Source of the DNA: Sphyrna mokarran
Taxonomy: Eukaryota
DNA: 64,000 bases
Assembly: GCA_024679065.1 (NCBI GenBank)
Contig: JAGIQG010000018.1
Span: 12,338,001 to 12,402,000, forward strand
Direction: 5' to 3'
Part shown: positions 38,860 to 53,708 of the stretch, piece by piece
Layout of the letters: the number at the start of each line of letters is the position of its first letter
Numbering within the stretch: the stretch's first letter is position 1
Program-made: the position numbers and the translations under genes
Notes under the pieces: model-generated
Database searches by the model: none
Told to the model about the DNA's origin: nothing
Seen by the model: the letters and a program-made list of their open reading frames with translations, nothing else

Positions 38860-39670
38860 TAAAACCCACTGGTATGTGGCTGTCATTAGCAAGTCCAGCA
38901 TTTGTTGCTCATCCCTTGAGAACATGAGTTGCCCTTCTGAACTGCTGCAGTTCATGTGGTGTAGGTACATGCACGTTCCTGTTAGGAAAGGAGTTCCAGG
39001 ATACAGACCCAATGACAGTTAAGGAAAGACGATCAAGTTCCAACTCAGAGTGGTGTGTGGCTTGGAAGGCAACCTGCAGGTGGTGTGTTCCCATGCATCT
39101 CCTTCCCTTGTCCTTTGGGATGGTAGAGATCACAGGTTTGGAAAGTGCCATCAAAGGAGTCTTTGGGGAGTTGCTACAGTGCATCTTGCATGTGGTACAC
39201 ACTGCTGCCACTGTTAATTAATGGTGAAAGATATGAATGTTTAAGACGGTAATTGATCAAGATGGGCTTCTATGCCCTGGATAGTGTCAAGATTCTTAAG
39301 TGATGTTGGATCTGCATTCATCCAGACAAGTGAAGAATATTCCATCACACTCCTAAATTGTGCCTAAAGAGATAGTGGAGATTCAGAACGTGAGTCAGTC
39401 GCTTCAGAATTTCAGTCTCTACCCTGTAGCCACAATATTTATATAGCTGGTCCAATTAAGTGTCTGGTTAGTGGTAATTCCCAGAATATTGATGGTTTGG
39501 GAATTCAGTGACAGTAATATGAATAAATATCAAGGGAAATATTTATTCTTGTTGGAGGCAATTCTGACTGGCACTTGTGTGGCACAAATATAACTTGCTA
39601 CTATTCAGCCGAAGCCTGGAAGTTGTCCAGGTCTTGCTGCATATAGTTATGTCTTGCTTTGGTATCCAAT
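38860..39670 (-). mobile_element. 3' fragment of CR1/L2-group LINE
   Basis: AAVCTTCKMHCSNSP motif and sequence similarity to 7270-7855 and 19215-19450. Confidence 0.65.
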
Positions 39671-42600
39671 GAGTCATGAATGTACCTTGAAGAAGCATTA
39701 TTTAAAAAATATACTTACTGTATAAATATGGTACTGAACAAAATTCGAATTGACAATTTCTCTCTTTTTCCAAAACCTGCCCTTCCTTGTTCTCTGTGTC
39801 TTCTCAGTGCTATTCATTGGGTAGAGATGCATTTAATGTTTTATTTCCTCCTCCTACCACCTCTGTCGCTCTTGCGCCTCTTTCCACATGTTGCAGTCAA
39901 ACACCAACTGATCACAGAATCATAGAAGGGTGGTGCAGCTTGATAGCAGTGGCCACTGCCAGAGCAACTTTGCACAGGACCTCTGGTTTATACTGTAGTT
40001 CATTACTGACCAGTATGTATTAGAGTGGATAACACCATTGACAACCAACAGTAGAGCCTCATTCCTGCTCCATTTTAGGAAACATTGCCAGTCAATTTCA
40101 TTTTGTTTTACATATAACTTGTCATATAAACAATGGCCTTGAATTTCTGGCACCTTCACTTTGTTGATGTATGTGTTGCTAAGCCTATCTCTTGCTTCCC
40201 AATGCTTTTAGCGAGAAACCAGCCCTCCACCCTTTCAATTCGGGGGATGAGAGTCATTTGCATATCCTGCCCTGTAAATCTTAAGAAAGGAATATCCAGC
40301 TGAATTTCAGGAATTCCTCTCTCCACTCCCACTGACCACACACCATCCCCCACCCCATTCCCACCCATGCTTGACATCAGTAGGTGGTGGGGAGGGGAGC
40401 AGGTTTGTGGGTGGAAGGTTTACCCATAGCCTCCTCCAAACAGAAATTAAATGTTCAAGAGAAACTGAATATGGGCAGAATTGAGATGTAACCCTTATTC
40501 TCTGGTTAAAAATGATTTCAGCCCATTTCAATCTCAGTTTTTTCGGGGTTAGTAGCAATAGTTGTGTGACAAGTCATTGGTTAGGTAAGCATCAGCTGAA
40601 ATATTATGTCCAATTCAGAGCAACACACTTTAGGAAGGATGTCAAAGTCTTGGAGATTTACCAGGATGAAACCAGAGTTGAAGAATTTCAGTTACATGAA
40701 GAGAAACTGGGAATGTTCTCCCTAAGGCAGAGAAATTAAGGGGGCATTTAATAAAGGTATTCAAAATTATAAAGCCTTTTGATAAAGTAAATAGGAGAAA
40801 CTGTTTCCATTGAAAGTGGGAGGTTGATTGCTGAAGGACTTTGACTTTAGGTAATTGGTGCAAGCTCAAGAGTTTTAACGAAGAGTCATCCAAAGTTGAA
40901 ATGTTAGCTCTGTTGTCCCTCCATAGATGCTGTCTGACCTGCTGAGATTTTGTAGCATTTTCTGGTTTTGTTTCAGATTCCAACACTTGCAGTAATGTGC
41001 TTTCATTTTTAAAACGTAATTTGGATAAACACTTGAAGAGGAAATAAAAAACTGGGCTATGGGGAAAGAGACAGTGGGACTAATTGGATTCTGTCAAACT
41101 GGTTTGATTGTCATCCAGTGCTCCATTATTCTGAATACATTATGTGAGATTTCCCAATCAGTTTTCAGATTAAGTCCCATATCTTTAACTGCATTTCATA
41201 TTGATGTTTATATTTTTGAAATCATTCAGTTCTTATGTTGTTCATATTTAATATTTCTGTCACAAATCTCGCAATGTTCTGAGAACTCATTCAAATCTTG
41301 AAAGTTAAAATCACTTCAACCTGCCAGGAGATCATCTTTTAGAAAAATAATATTTTCAAAAATTGTAGGAAAGCAGTACATCTGTCGAGTTCAAAATAAG
41401 AAACATGTATTGGCATATATCTGTAATATGTAAAATATTAACAATAATGCTGTGATAAATTGCAGACCTTTGCATCAGATGATCACTCTATAAAATACAA
41501 TAATATTATTGGGACAAAAATGATTGAATGGTGAATAATTGCACTGTGCAAATTATTCAATAAATAATCTTCACATTGTCATCATTGTGAACATAAGTTG
41601 TCTTTTCCACTTTGGTCTTATTTTTAAAAAAATTGACATCACAATAAAGGCAGGTTATATTTCTCTTTCTCAGGTTATTGAGTTAAGGGGCATTAGAAAC
41701 TGCTTTTTATCATATTATCCCGTAATTACTTTTTATGGCGAGGAAAAGCTGTAAGATTTATAGTATCTGATTAAAGATATGTGAGCCTAGTCAGTCAATT
41801 AGTGAAACCTCTGTGTGTATTTACATTGTAGGCCTCACTGCCTCTATCCAACCATTTTATTCTGTTTGAGTCTTTAAGTTATGTTTAAGGTGGATGTCCG
41901 ATAAGTCTGTCAGACTTCCCTTCTCAAGTATTTCATTCATAAAAAGTACACCAAAGTGCGTTCATTTTTCAAAAAATCCTTTGCCAGACTCACATTCCAA
42001 AGGCACCAGTCTGCTAGAGCTGCACAAAGAAAGTTCAGCTTCCAAACTCGTGCAGCTGTAGGCAAAGGAATTGCTGCTACTTTAAGGCTGCTTTGCATTC
42101 AAATATCTGCAATTTCAGAGCATTATAAAAATCAATCTTTCTCGGATCTAATCACAAAGATATTCTGTTACAATCCTTGGACTAATGTCATAGTTAAGGT
42201 TGTTCTTCTTTCCTGGGGGATTGTTTAGAATTTTCCCAAAATTGAGGGTGAATCCATCAATTTCCTAATTTGTGATTACTCAATACTATGATGGTGGTGC
42301 CAACTTTCTAGTTCCTTCTGAACTTCAAAGACAGTTACAGGCTCTAACTCCATTATATTCTTACAGTGCTGAAAGCAAGGCTGTTTCTCCAAACTATCAA
42401 TTAATGGGCTGCTGCACTTGTTCCATCTACTTGTGAGAGGCCTTCTGGTTCTCAGACGTTCTCATCTGACAATGAATGCCTCAAAACCATGGACAGAGAT
42501 ACAATTAAAAGAGACTCCATTTTTACAATAGCATTTGCAAGTACAGGCCAGTGTTGTGTGATCAGATATCACATGAGTAAATGTCTTGTGAGTTGGCATC

Positions 42601-44177
42601 GTTGGTTTTATTTTGAAATTACTGCTATCTAATATCAGAAAACCAGTACAATTTACATAATACATAGTTGGAATTTATCAAAATATACCTCCAGCTTTGT
42701 TCCAAATGCAAAACAATCTTACAAATACTAGTGACCCATAATGCTGTCTGATTTTTGGAACAAGCTAGGCTCAAGAATTGAGAGGGCAGAGTTGGTTTGT
42801 AAGTCAGAGTTATATCTGTTCTAAAAGGCACTGTAAATTGCAATAGAAATGGTGCCGGCAGCAATATGTATCCCCTCTCAACAGTGTCAAAACTGCTTCC
42901 CAGATGTCCCCCCATCTAGCTACACAAGAAATGAAGCTAACCTTCATTTATTGTTGAGTGGAGGGCTGGGGCTGGAGCAAGCCTCTTGTTAAATTAGGAA
43001 ATCACTGACTTGCCATGACTCAAGGATCCATGGAAGGCTTATCCAATCTTTTTTGCATGGACAGCCACAAGTCCATTTTTTTCTGACTCAAGGGGTTGAT
43101 GAGCAAACTTCAGAAGAATACATGAATTTGAAAAACAAGTTGAGCATTTAGAGGAGAATCAACTTACTGAACAAAAATAAAGCAAAGTCAAAGCAATACA
43201 TTGACAATTTAAAAAATTATTAAAGATGACCATTGGATTGTGAGATGGTCAGAGTGTGTGTTTTTGGTTCATTCCCAGTGTCAGAATGCTTACTCACTCA
43301 CCCTCACCCACTATGTGAATGGGTGTGAATATCGGTTGGTTTGTGTTCAGGATGGTGTGCGAAAACTGGAGAGATTCTTATTTTTTTTTGAGTGAGTCTA
43401 AATCTGCAATCTTATGCATGAAAAAAGCCTCAAAAATTGTTCCTTGTCTGTAGGGGAGGGGCAGAGCCCAAACAGTAGCTGAGAGCAGCAGAGGGCATCA
43501 TTGAGCTGTCACTCAGCCTCAACTGCTCTCAGCCAGTATTGATACTGAAAGCAGCCTCCCACTCTCACTACCACGGGAACCCATGGCCTATTACGACTCC
43601 CCCCACCCAGTTGAACCGATTGATATCCATGAACCCCCAATACACCTGAACGACCAATCCCCATGACTCCTGCACCGCCTGGACCAATTGTCCCTGCAAG
43701 TCCCTAGCTTGCCCAGACTGACCAATCCTCCATTCCCACCCAGACCGATCTTCCTTTCTCCCCCACCACCAATCTCTCATGCAGAGTGGCAGCAGAGGGA
43801 AGGTGACTGCTGAGCCTTAGAGTGCCATTGCGCAGGAGCCCTCATTGCCAAGTGTACTAAGAGATCTCTTCCAGGATCCCCTCACCCAACACCCCTCCCC
43901 ACAGACATCGGGGCACTTCTCCACAGACATTGCCACTCCCTCACTGATTGCATCCCCTCTTCAGAGTTTTCTCTCTCGCCATGACTCCCACCCGGACCAA
44001 AGTTCCCCTTCCCCTGCTTCCTCCCTTGGAAGAATTGCTCCTTTGCCCCTCTGGCCCATGGCACTGCCCATTCCTGCCCTTGACCATCCAGGGGCTTCAG
44101 TGGCCTCTGATGCTCCTGACCAGGCCATCACATCTGATCACTGATGGAGAGGACTATACTTTTTAAAGTTAAACATT

Positions 44178-44452
44178 GATTTATTCGTCTCACAAGTCAG
44201 CTTATATAAACAACGTGATGAAGTCACTGGAAAATCTTCCAGTCGCCAAGCTGTGGAAGAATTTAGCATGGCCAATGCACCTAATCAACAAGTCTTTTGG
44301 ACTGCAGGAGGAAACTGGAGCACCTGGAGGAAATCCATGCAGACGCAGGGAGAATATGCAGACTCCGCACAGACGGTGACCCAAGCCAGGAATTGAACCC
44401 TGTCCCGAGTGCTGTGAGGCAACAGTGCTAACCACTGTGCCACCATGCAGCC
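44178..44452 (-). mobile_element. tRNA-derived SINE, alternative-tail subfamily
   Basis: Reverse complement of the same head and core; tail like 54700-54772. Confidence 0.82.
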
Positions 44453-45904
44453 TCTGAGATTCAGAAATAACCTTACCTGATGAGGTGATCGAGATAAGTG
44501 AGCCTGACAATAATCTCCAGGGCACAGAGTCAATTTTGCTGGCAAAACAGTGACGGGAAGGGGTACAAATCTGATTTTTTTGACTCGTGCCTGATCTTAC
44601 CATGTTACCTCCACCAAAAGTCAAGTGAGATGATGTTGGAAGATTACGGCTCCTCACTTGTACTCACACATGCTCAGTCACGGTCTCTGAAACTCTCTCT
44701 CACAATCACTCTAACACATACATTCACTTTCTCACACACACACAGACACACACACATAGTCACTCACCCGCACACACACCACAGCCTCTTCTGTCACTTG
44801 TCACTCTGCAGCATCTCAGTGCTTGGCCCTCAGAGTTTCTCCTTTCCCCATGACCCTGCAGTCTCTCCTTCCCTTATATCTCACGCAGCCTTTCCTTCTC
44901 CCTTGGCCCCAGCAGTCTGTCTCTTTCCCACAATGCTCCCTTACCCAAAAGTATCTTTCTCTAATGTACTCACCACCACTGATGTTTGCTGGTGTCCAAG
45001 TCCAGCCTGATTCTCTGCCACAATTGCTGCTGATCTGTTCACTAATGAAAGGAGGAACGGAACAAAGGCTGATAACTGCTCAGCTTTAAAAAAGTTTATA
45101 TTTGCACATCTATCTGCTCCATCGCCTTCTACTTCCCCAACCTCTTCCTCTGGCGCTGGTGAACTTTGGATCCCTTCTTTGCCCTACTGCATAGCAACCT
45201 CACATTCAACAGCACAGTGACACAACATGCAGCAAACAGTGGTGACCTTCAATAAAAATCTGATGATGGGCCTTGCTCACCAATCTTTCCCCAGTCTCTA
45301 CTGGTACCCGGTCTGATTTCAAGCAGGATCACTGAGATCTATCCAACCCCACATTGCTTCCATGACAAGTGTAGAATACTGTAATGTGAGGATTGCCCAT
45401 ATTTGATTCAAACTGTTCAATAGGAAAGGAATTCAATGGGCAGAATTTTCCCAATAAAGTGTCGTAAAAGTCTGAAACAGGTGTGTTCCACGTCTGTTTT
45501 TTGGACGGGTTTGGCACTGTAATTTTCCCACACTTTGTCAGTTTGGACACTGCCTGATGGGTATTTCCCGACCGTGCCCCTGACCACCTGGCCTCCAATT
45601 CCCCCAGCATAGCCTTCACATCTGGTCTTCGCTAATAGAGACAAGCAATGATTCTTGCTGAATTGATGTCATGTCAGCAAAGGCAGAAGGCTAGAAACCA
45701 CAATGCCAATAGGATTGAAATGCAGTTGATCCAATGCAACAGCTCAAAATCGGATTTTTGCTGTCACTTGTTGTGCCAATCAACTGGGGCAGTGAGCCAG
45801 TAATGTTGCACCCATTGACTTTGCATTCAGTCGGATAGATAAAGGCATTTTATTGTTTTGGAAAAACAGGAGGATTACAGTTTACAATTCATCATGCAAA
45901 TTAC

Positions 45905-46258
45905 AATCACAATCCATCATGCAAACCAACCTCCCATCCACTGAGTCTGTCTGCACTTTCTGCAGCCAACCCCACTCACCCCGAGCGTACTCTCTTCTAC
46001 CTTCTTCCATCGGAAAATAAATACAAAAGTCTCAGGTCACATACCAACTGAATCAATGACAGTTTCTCCCCTGCTGCCATCATGGACCTACTTTGCATTA
46101 AGTTGATATTTCTCTACACACTGGCTATGACTGTAACACTACGTTCTAAATCCTCTTCTTTACTTCTCTATGAACAACATGCTTTGTCATACAATGCGCA
46201 AGAAACAGTATTTCTCACTATACACTAATACATGTGACAACAATAAATCAAATCAAAG
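45905..46258 (+). mobile_element. Rex1/Babar-type LINE 3' end
   Basis: Similar to 33995-34349; ends AATAAATCAAATCAAA. Confidence 0.7.
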
Positions 46259-48959
46259 TTTATTTGGTCCATACATGGAGTCAGATCCGTATAAAGGCAG
46301 GAAAAAAGCCAGAATTTTCCAATCTCATTCGCACTGAAATTATGCTGAAGTTTACACTGGTCTGGATGCTGGTCTGGCTGCCTGCAGAATCGTGATTGCC
46401 ACCCAGAAACATGAAATATAGAAAATAAATGCAAACATAGCATGACCAACATGGGCAACAATGTGAATGCAGAAAAGGTGTTTGACTGCTTTCAGCTGTG
46501 GTGCCTCAGAACCTATTCCTTCTGCTAATCCTCTTCTTTTCCCTATTATTAGGTTGAGCATTAGGAAGGCCATTTCAGAGACCTCGACTTTGTGAATGTG
46601 TGCAGGGAATGGGTGCCTTCCCTGAAAATGTTTGTCTTTCTGAGATTGATAATAGTATTAGTTCAGTAGAACTTCAGTCTCAATAAGGAGAAAGGGTGGC
46701 TCCCAAACTCCGACAATCTCAATTATACAGATTCGGACTGCGCCTAAATTTTTGGGTGTAAATTTATACCCATTCAGAAGCACTGTAGGTCAAGGAATCT
46801 CATGCTGTCTGGTCTCCCACACAGAATAAGCTGAGCAGGATTTTGGTAAACCTAATTCAGAATCAGCACAAATAACTGTAAATGTGTTCATGGAGAAATG
46901 AAACCATTCTAACTGCTTGAGATGGACAGAAGAATTTCCTCAGGAGAAATCAGTGCAAAACTCTTGCTCTTGCATCAGTGAGGATTTACAGAAAATTTCA
47001 GGCAAAGTATATTAAAGGATCCCTAACTGAGAAATGTTCCAGGATAACATCATCCAAATTTCTTCTGCACGTACTTTTGATCCGAAGTTTCATACTTTTC
47101 TGGAATTCTGCACAATGGAGATTCTTAAATGACATTTTGAATTAATGGAATTTTTACTTTATTTTCACTGGTGTGAAATGTTTCTATTAGGCACTGGATT
47201 TATGCAGCTAAATTACATGTCTTATGCATGAATAAAAGATAGATTGGTTTCTGCACAGTGCAATGCCTCATGAACAGCTCATATATTAGTTCATATAAAT
47301 GTCAGAAATGTATAATACATCAGCAAAGGCCAGAGCTCTGGGACACTGATAAATTACTAGGTATACATTAATAAATATTTGTCTTGGTTAGATTTTCCTT
47401 CCTGCTTAGGAAACTAAAATATGATTTGTCACCATTTATTCAATAGGGATTTCTTATTTTTTAAAATTAATTCTTGGCTAGTTAGCACAAAACAATTTTA
47501 AAACATGCAAGTTCTTAGTTATTCTCCCTGGCTTCCTGAATGAACTGATTCATGACAGGGCCCATGAATGTCAGCAGTTCTCCAGAAGCTTGCTCAATTA
47601 GTCATTTCTTCGGCATGGGCCTAAGTGCCAAGTCCCTCCTGGCTGTTCCTCATGGAGGGGCATCATAACCCAGCCAAATCCTGGCTTCACATGGCATCTT
47701 AAACATTGATACTTCCTCACAGTGCCACTGGAGTAGCAAACAGAAGCAAGAATTCTGGTTGCTAAGAGACAATGCTAGCTGAATAGACTCTTGCATTGTA
47801 ACTTTTTTATGATTGTATGATATTTGCTCTTGAGGCTGATTGTATTGCCTGCACTGTTGCCTGTCTGAGCTCAGCTAATTCAGTGCAAGCTTGGGTTGGA
47901 ACCACTGTCCTTTCTAATTTGTGTGGGTTAGCACCATACTAAGCAATGCATCATCCAGAAAATAGTCTTGGAAAACATGGAGTTAATAATTCATGCCAAT
48001 AGCCTGAGGCCAAAGGCTTTGTGATAGCATGCTCCAGAAGCACTTTCAGTGTACCAAACCTGCACAAGGATGTATTGTAACATGTTCATTGACTTCTCTA
48101 TTTTATTTAAATTAGTGGGCCACATTGTGTTATTTAAAGTATTTTTATAGCATTTGGGAAAACAGTTCTGATGCTGAAAAATCGTGATTAGAAAGAAGGA
48201 CAGAATTGCATTTATATGGATGCCTTTCACAACTCAGGATATTCCAAAACTCTTTACAACCAACAAAGCACTTTTTAAAGCAGCCACTGTTGTATTGTCT
48301 CAGGTTATTTAGAAAAGATGAAGGATGATAAGTATACTAAATGGAAGATGTTATTCTAAGGCTCCAGATTATAAATAACTGGCCAGCTTGACTGGATAAT
48401 TCAAGTAAATAACACTCATCAATTGCGATGAGCAACATTGTGATTTCTGTCTATCTGTGAAACAGTCAGTAGACGTAGACACTGAAAAGTCGGGCTCCTG
48501 TGGCTGCCAAGGTAGAAAGGGACCAGGAAAAGATACAGGTTTAAAAAGTTAGAATGTGAAAGAATTCAGTCACCACAAAATCCAGTTGCATATCAGCTGC
48601 CTCTTTTAGTGCCATTTCAATACCAAGTGGCATCCATTTCACCTGCATATTCCTGATGTATGGGCTGCCATTTTGGAGAGGTTGTTTGCATGAGTGCAAG
48701 GAATGTGCACAAGAAATACACAGAATTGGTGCTAGTCATTGTGAACACTGATGTGATTCCAGTGTGACATTTTTAACATCAATGCTCCAATTAGCACCCA
48801 TTCTTAAACTCATACACACACGCAGCTAGACATGTTGTTCAATATCAGCAAGGAATGCCCAGCCATATTTAACTCATTTCAAGTCAGTTGCTTAAAAGCA
48901 AAATACTTTGAGTGCTGGAATCAGAAGTAAATCAGAAATAAAATGGAAAATTTCAGCAG

Positions 48960-50900
48960 CACCACTTCACTCATTTCACCCCTCCCTTCCTGAATCAAGC
49001 TAGCGTCTTCCTTGTCCTCACTTTTCACCCCACTAACCTTGGTAGGCAGTATGCATATGACAAGAGCCATCCTGCCACATGAAATGTCATTGGACAGCCA
49101 ATTGGACCCCATAACAGGTTTGCTTCATGGACTTTTCTGGAGTATTCAACAGAGTGTAGTACATGTTTTGCTGCCTGCCACACAGTACAGCCCTGGCCAC
49201 CAGGACTTCAACTGAGGAGGGAAAGGTTGAGGAGAAAGAAAAGAAGGATTAAGGACAAAGAAAAGGAGGAGGAAGAAAGAGGGAGGTGTCAAACAATACA
49301 TCTGACCAGGCTGTCCATGATTGGCTCATTCAATTGTGATACTAGGGAAGGCAACTCCTAATCATCAGTCACTATCAGTCCTAAATCATATGCTCCCTCT
49401 CTTATTGTCTATGACAGCATCTGCTTCACCATAATGATAAGATAAAAGCCACTGGAAAACAACCATTTCAAACCACTTTTATTCATCACGCTATCCAATA
49501 TTCTGTATAAAAGGTAATTTATCATGCTTGTGCGTTCTCTTAACGTTACATGCTTTTGCTTGTCTCCGTGCTCCTATGTAATGTAGCATGGCTGATGGAA
49601 CTCTGCTGACTGTCACAAGCAAAAGTTGAAGGTGGCCACAGAAGCCTTCCTTAAGCAGCTCTGGATCTTGAGAGCCCAGCTTCCGACTGCTCCATCTCGA
49701 CCGGGTTGAGCAAACTGGGCTAGCTGACTGACCGGTAACCACAGGCATTGGAGGAGTGAAATTGGTCTAGGTTGGTGGGGTAAGGGAAGGGGGGGTGAGA
49801 ATGCTGTAACCCTGAGAAAGGGCAGGAGGTTCATTCTCCATTGACCCACTGCCTTTCCCCAAGTTGGCACCTCAGAAATTGTAGCAATCTATTGGAAGAC
49901 AGGTGCTGGACTGCAGTGACAGTATCTCAGCTGATGGCTGTGAGTGTAAGATTGAAGAACGGCACTTCTTCATCATCAGTGTCTTTTCCCTCTTCCACTT
50001 TTTGTTGTTCCTCCACTGCAGGGCCAGTTTGCATTCCTTGGATTCTGAAAATGGAAAGGCAGGAGGGTAAGGTTGTGGTTTGCAGAGGAGAGAAAGGAAG
50101 AGGTGCATGCCTATGCTGTCTGCAGCTTGTGAGTCAAGAGAGATTGTGGGATGAGGGAACAACAGAACGTAAGGAGGAAGAATAGGTATGAGCAGACCAT
50201 CACATTTGATAGTTTCAGCTCTTTTATTTACCATGGCATCAGTTATGGCTGCAGTAATTATGAACACCATCTTCTCTATCAAGGCAAGGAATTGCAGCCA
50301 TACATTTGGTGAGGGTCTGCTTTTGCACCATCTTGTCCAATAAGTGAAAAGGATATATGTCACTGAGTGTGGTGCAATATGGGTCATATGCCTGTCATGG
50401 TTGAATTACTGGCAGTATGTGCTTGCTGAGAGGTGTGGATGTGAGGCTAGAAGCATTGTTCAATGTGCGAGGGTGAGATGAAGCTATGAATGTGGGTTAT
50501 GAATGATGGTTGTTGGAGATGGTTGGTATGTTAGTGAAGTGGAGGTGGGGAAATAACAATTGGAGCAGTTTTTGAGGCTCCTGCTTTCTTTGTAAGCATA
50601 TGTTATTTGAAGAAACATTCACTGACCTTGACCACTTATATACTGCTATTGAACTTCTTGGGGCACTGCATTCAAGGCAAAACTGCTAGCAGTGATGACT
50701 TTCTGCTCCCAGTGTCTTTGTAACGTCTGTCTCGATGGTCTCCCTTGGGATAGAGCACCTCTGTTCTCTGATCCAACGCCCGCAGCATGGCCTCTAATGC
50801 TGTGTCGGAGAACCTTGTCACGTATTTTCTGTCCTGTGTTTCATTATTCAGTGCTTTTTCAGCTTGGACCTTTTTCCCTAGCTACTGCCAGCATGTGATA
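48960..50900. mobile_element. Highly decayed PIF/Harbinger DNA transposon remnant (convergent transposase and Myb/SANT genes)
   Basis: Minus-strand 50625-50840 translates to RFSDTALEAMLRALDQRTEVLYP...QCPKKFN (Myb/SANT-like); plus-strand ~49060-49190 resembles a transposase C-terminus (SHPAT*NVIGQPIG). Confidence 0.5.
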
Positions 50901-52094
50901 CAGCCAAAATGCACTTTCTCTTTCAGAGGTGCAGACTGGCTTTAAGTAATGCAGGTCAATATGGTGATAACCTCACACAAACTTGTGGTCTCTCCTGAAG
51001 CATGCGGACAGTCAGCAGCATGTTTTAATGCTAGCTGCATGCTATGATCATGGTAATAGAAAAATTATGTGTTTCGATTTTGAAATGTCACCAGTCTTAT
51101 TGACATATCTGGCTTCCATAGTTATATGACTTTGCCATGAGGCTGCCTCGGAAGGCAGACATCTTAAGATTTGTTCAGTAAAGCCTCTCATTGAAACAAG
51201 ACACTGAAAAGGACTGTTGTCCTTACACAAGAAACATTAGTGCTGCATTAAAAGGAGAAGCCCTCCACTCATTATTTGACTTCATCTAATGTTGCCCCAA
51301 GTTTATTTAAATCAAGGAAGACCAATCCCAGCATTGCATGCTCATCATTTGTATATTCTTACATGGAGATGAAAGTTCCATATTCAAAGTCAATCCATCA
51401 GGGTTGACCTGATTGAGAGAAAGGCCAGAAAATCAATTACAAGCATGCAACATGGAAGTAGGAGTAGACCACATTATAAAACTAATGCTGACCAAACTCA
51501 TGTACATGTTGGTCTGTTTCAAGATTTGACTCATCAAACCCAGTATTTTTAGGGGATTTTCACAGTAACTTCATTGCAATATTCACGTAAGCCTACTAAT
51601 AAATAAACTAAATTGAACTACCCACTGGCTGACTCATGGTAAGACAGTGTAGTTTATTATTTTTCTTATTTACATCAAGGGACTTAGAAAATGAGTGAAG
51701 TAAGTGTGTTCCGATTGTAATCGTTCCTCAGGATGTTTGTTCCTGTCTATGCAAAATAGCACTTCAACAATTTGCATTCAGCCTCATCTCAATGAGGCAC
51801 TTTCAGTCTTCCCTATTGAAATACCAGACAGCGCATATGGGTACTGTCAAGGTATTTAAATAAGCTTACCGTTGCCCTATAAACTCATGCACCATCATTG
51901 TATGCAGTGGCTTTCAATGCAGCTTCACTAGACCTATATTATGACCCATGGCATACACAGTGCAACACATTTTATTTCCGTACCATGATCTTGTTTTAGA
52001 TGTCATCAAATGTCATCAAGAGGAATGTTTGAAAAATGATTTTAATTTCTATGAATTGAATTCCCATTGAATGAACACAAAAGACAACTGCATT

Positions 52095-52361
52095 TCGCTT
52101 ATTACTGCTCTATACATTTATTCAGGTAATTGGGGTGCATGGGTATTTACACAATCAGCCAGGTTATGCATTCAATTGCACACTCTATCCTTGACTTGAG
52201 GGAGCAAACTTCCTTTCCAACTGTCAGCATTACCAATATAGATGTTTGCTCACTTTACGCAGGATGGAAGACAATGGACATCTTCAAATTAACTCAGCAA
52301 TTTGGTAAAAGAGAGATGTTTCACTTCTGTTCTTTTCAATGGTAAATAACTCAATATTTCT
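52095..52361 (-). other. MYH16: Probable non-coding terminal (3' UTR) exon of the myosin gene with polyadenylation signal
   Basis: Donor CTG|GTAACT 24 nt after the stop (54897/54896); acceptor CCCTCCATCTTTTAG at 52362; AATAAA at 52122-52117 followed by a GT-rich tract (GTTGTCTTTTGTGTT). Confidence 0.5.
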
Positions 52362-52827
52362 CTAAAAGATGGAGGGTTTTCTGGCAGATAGCGCCTTCAT
52401 TTAATGATTGACAGCTGTCAGGGAAGACACACATAACCCTGAAAGTAAATTAAACAAGTTTAAGATTGGTGGAAATCTCTTACGTTCCTTTACTTCATAA
52501 TTCTACATATTATAACTGTAACTGTTAACTCGAATTCTACAGCCTCACTTGACCCGAGACCAGAAGATCCTGTCAGAGGTCAACAGACATTCCTATTGTC
52601 CCCACCTCGCTTGCTCTGATTCCAGAGTGGGTGGGCAATAGAATTCTGGAATTATATTTTACAGTTTTCATAGAGTTTTGAATTTTATGGAGTTTTGATC
52701 AGGATATGATGTTGCTGGATGAAAAAAAACCAAAATTCATATAGCTTCCTCCGCATTCGACCATGATAGTCAATGATACAGCAATAATGGAATTATTGAT
52801 TAATCATATCATCTTGCTTGCGTCTCC

Positions 52828-53708
52828 CAGGCTTGGATTTTCATTGCCATCTGCGCAGTGCTGGAAATTGGTTGGGAGGTGGGGCTAGCATTTAAATAGT
52901 ATTTTACATACTATTTAAATGCTACTAGTGGGCCCGGGACTCAGTTCTCTCACCCCACCAGGAATATTTCACTCCCGCAGGGATTACACTGTCTCCCCAC
53001 TTTCAGAGAACTAGTGGGATAACCCCTGGAGTGAAGGAGGATGCAATTGGGTCTCCCCCCAAGGGGTCAGGTGGCGAGGGGTGTGCCTCCTGCATATGGG
53101 CACCCTGGTTGGGGCAGCCTGTGTCCCTGGCACTGCCCAAAGGGCAAAGTGCCTATGTCCGGTGGCACCTTGATACTGGCCATGTGACCTATTGGGGGTG
53201 GGGTCTAGGGGCAATCTTTGGGGGTGGGGGTCTGCATTGGGATCCAGTCGGGGCAGGAGGGAGACCAGTGATTGGGGCAGGTTAGGTTGGGGTGGTCAGT
53301 CATTGCTGGAGGGGGTTGGGAGAATCATCACTGCTGGAGGGGCAGTTGGAGATTGGGAAGTCTGGGAAATGGGGAGAGGTTGTTTGGAGCTGGCCTGCGA
53401 ATAATCGGGGGGAACTGCGATCGGACCATGGGGAAGAGGATTGGGAAGGGAAGATTGTGGGGATCCCAGGCTGACCAGTGATCAAGCTGGCCAGCAAAGG
53501 AAAACTGAGAGTTTGGGGCCACTGTGTCGAGGCCTGCTGGTTTTAGTCTCATGAGTGGGAATAGACCTCACCCGCTGAAATATAATGATATTTACACTGG
53601 TGGCCTCTGCATTGCACAGAGCGTGGGAGATTTGAGTGTCAATCCCATTGGAACAAAAAACAGTTTCAAATTCGAAACTTAGAACTTTTTTGCGGGAATC
53701 CTGGCCCC
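52828..53708. mobile_element. Probable non-autonomous DNA transposon (MITE-like) with GC-rich interior
   Basis: Imperfect terminal inverted repeats (GGCTTGGATTTTC ... GGGAATCCTGGCCC); internal 16-bp perfect hairpin 52886-52924. Confidence 0.45.

Noticed and set aside
40870-41010. Additional hammerhead-like motifs in short Penelope-derived fragments (also ~11835-11985, ~16260, ~22960-22996)
   Set aside because: Core CTGANGA/GAAA boxes or stem II are mutated, so they are unlikely to be active
39680-48900. Numerous 60-170 aa ORFs in the intergenic region
   Set aside because: No recognisable domains or exon chains; they overlap repeats or low-complexity sequence and are consistent with chance ORFs
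52886-52924. Perfect 16-bp hairpin (possible miRNA or terminator)
   Set aside because: AT-rich, too short for a pre-miRNA, and inside a MITE-like element
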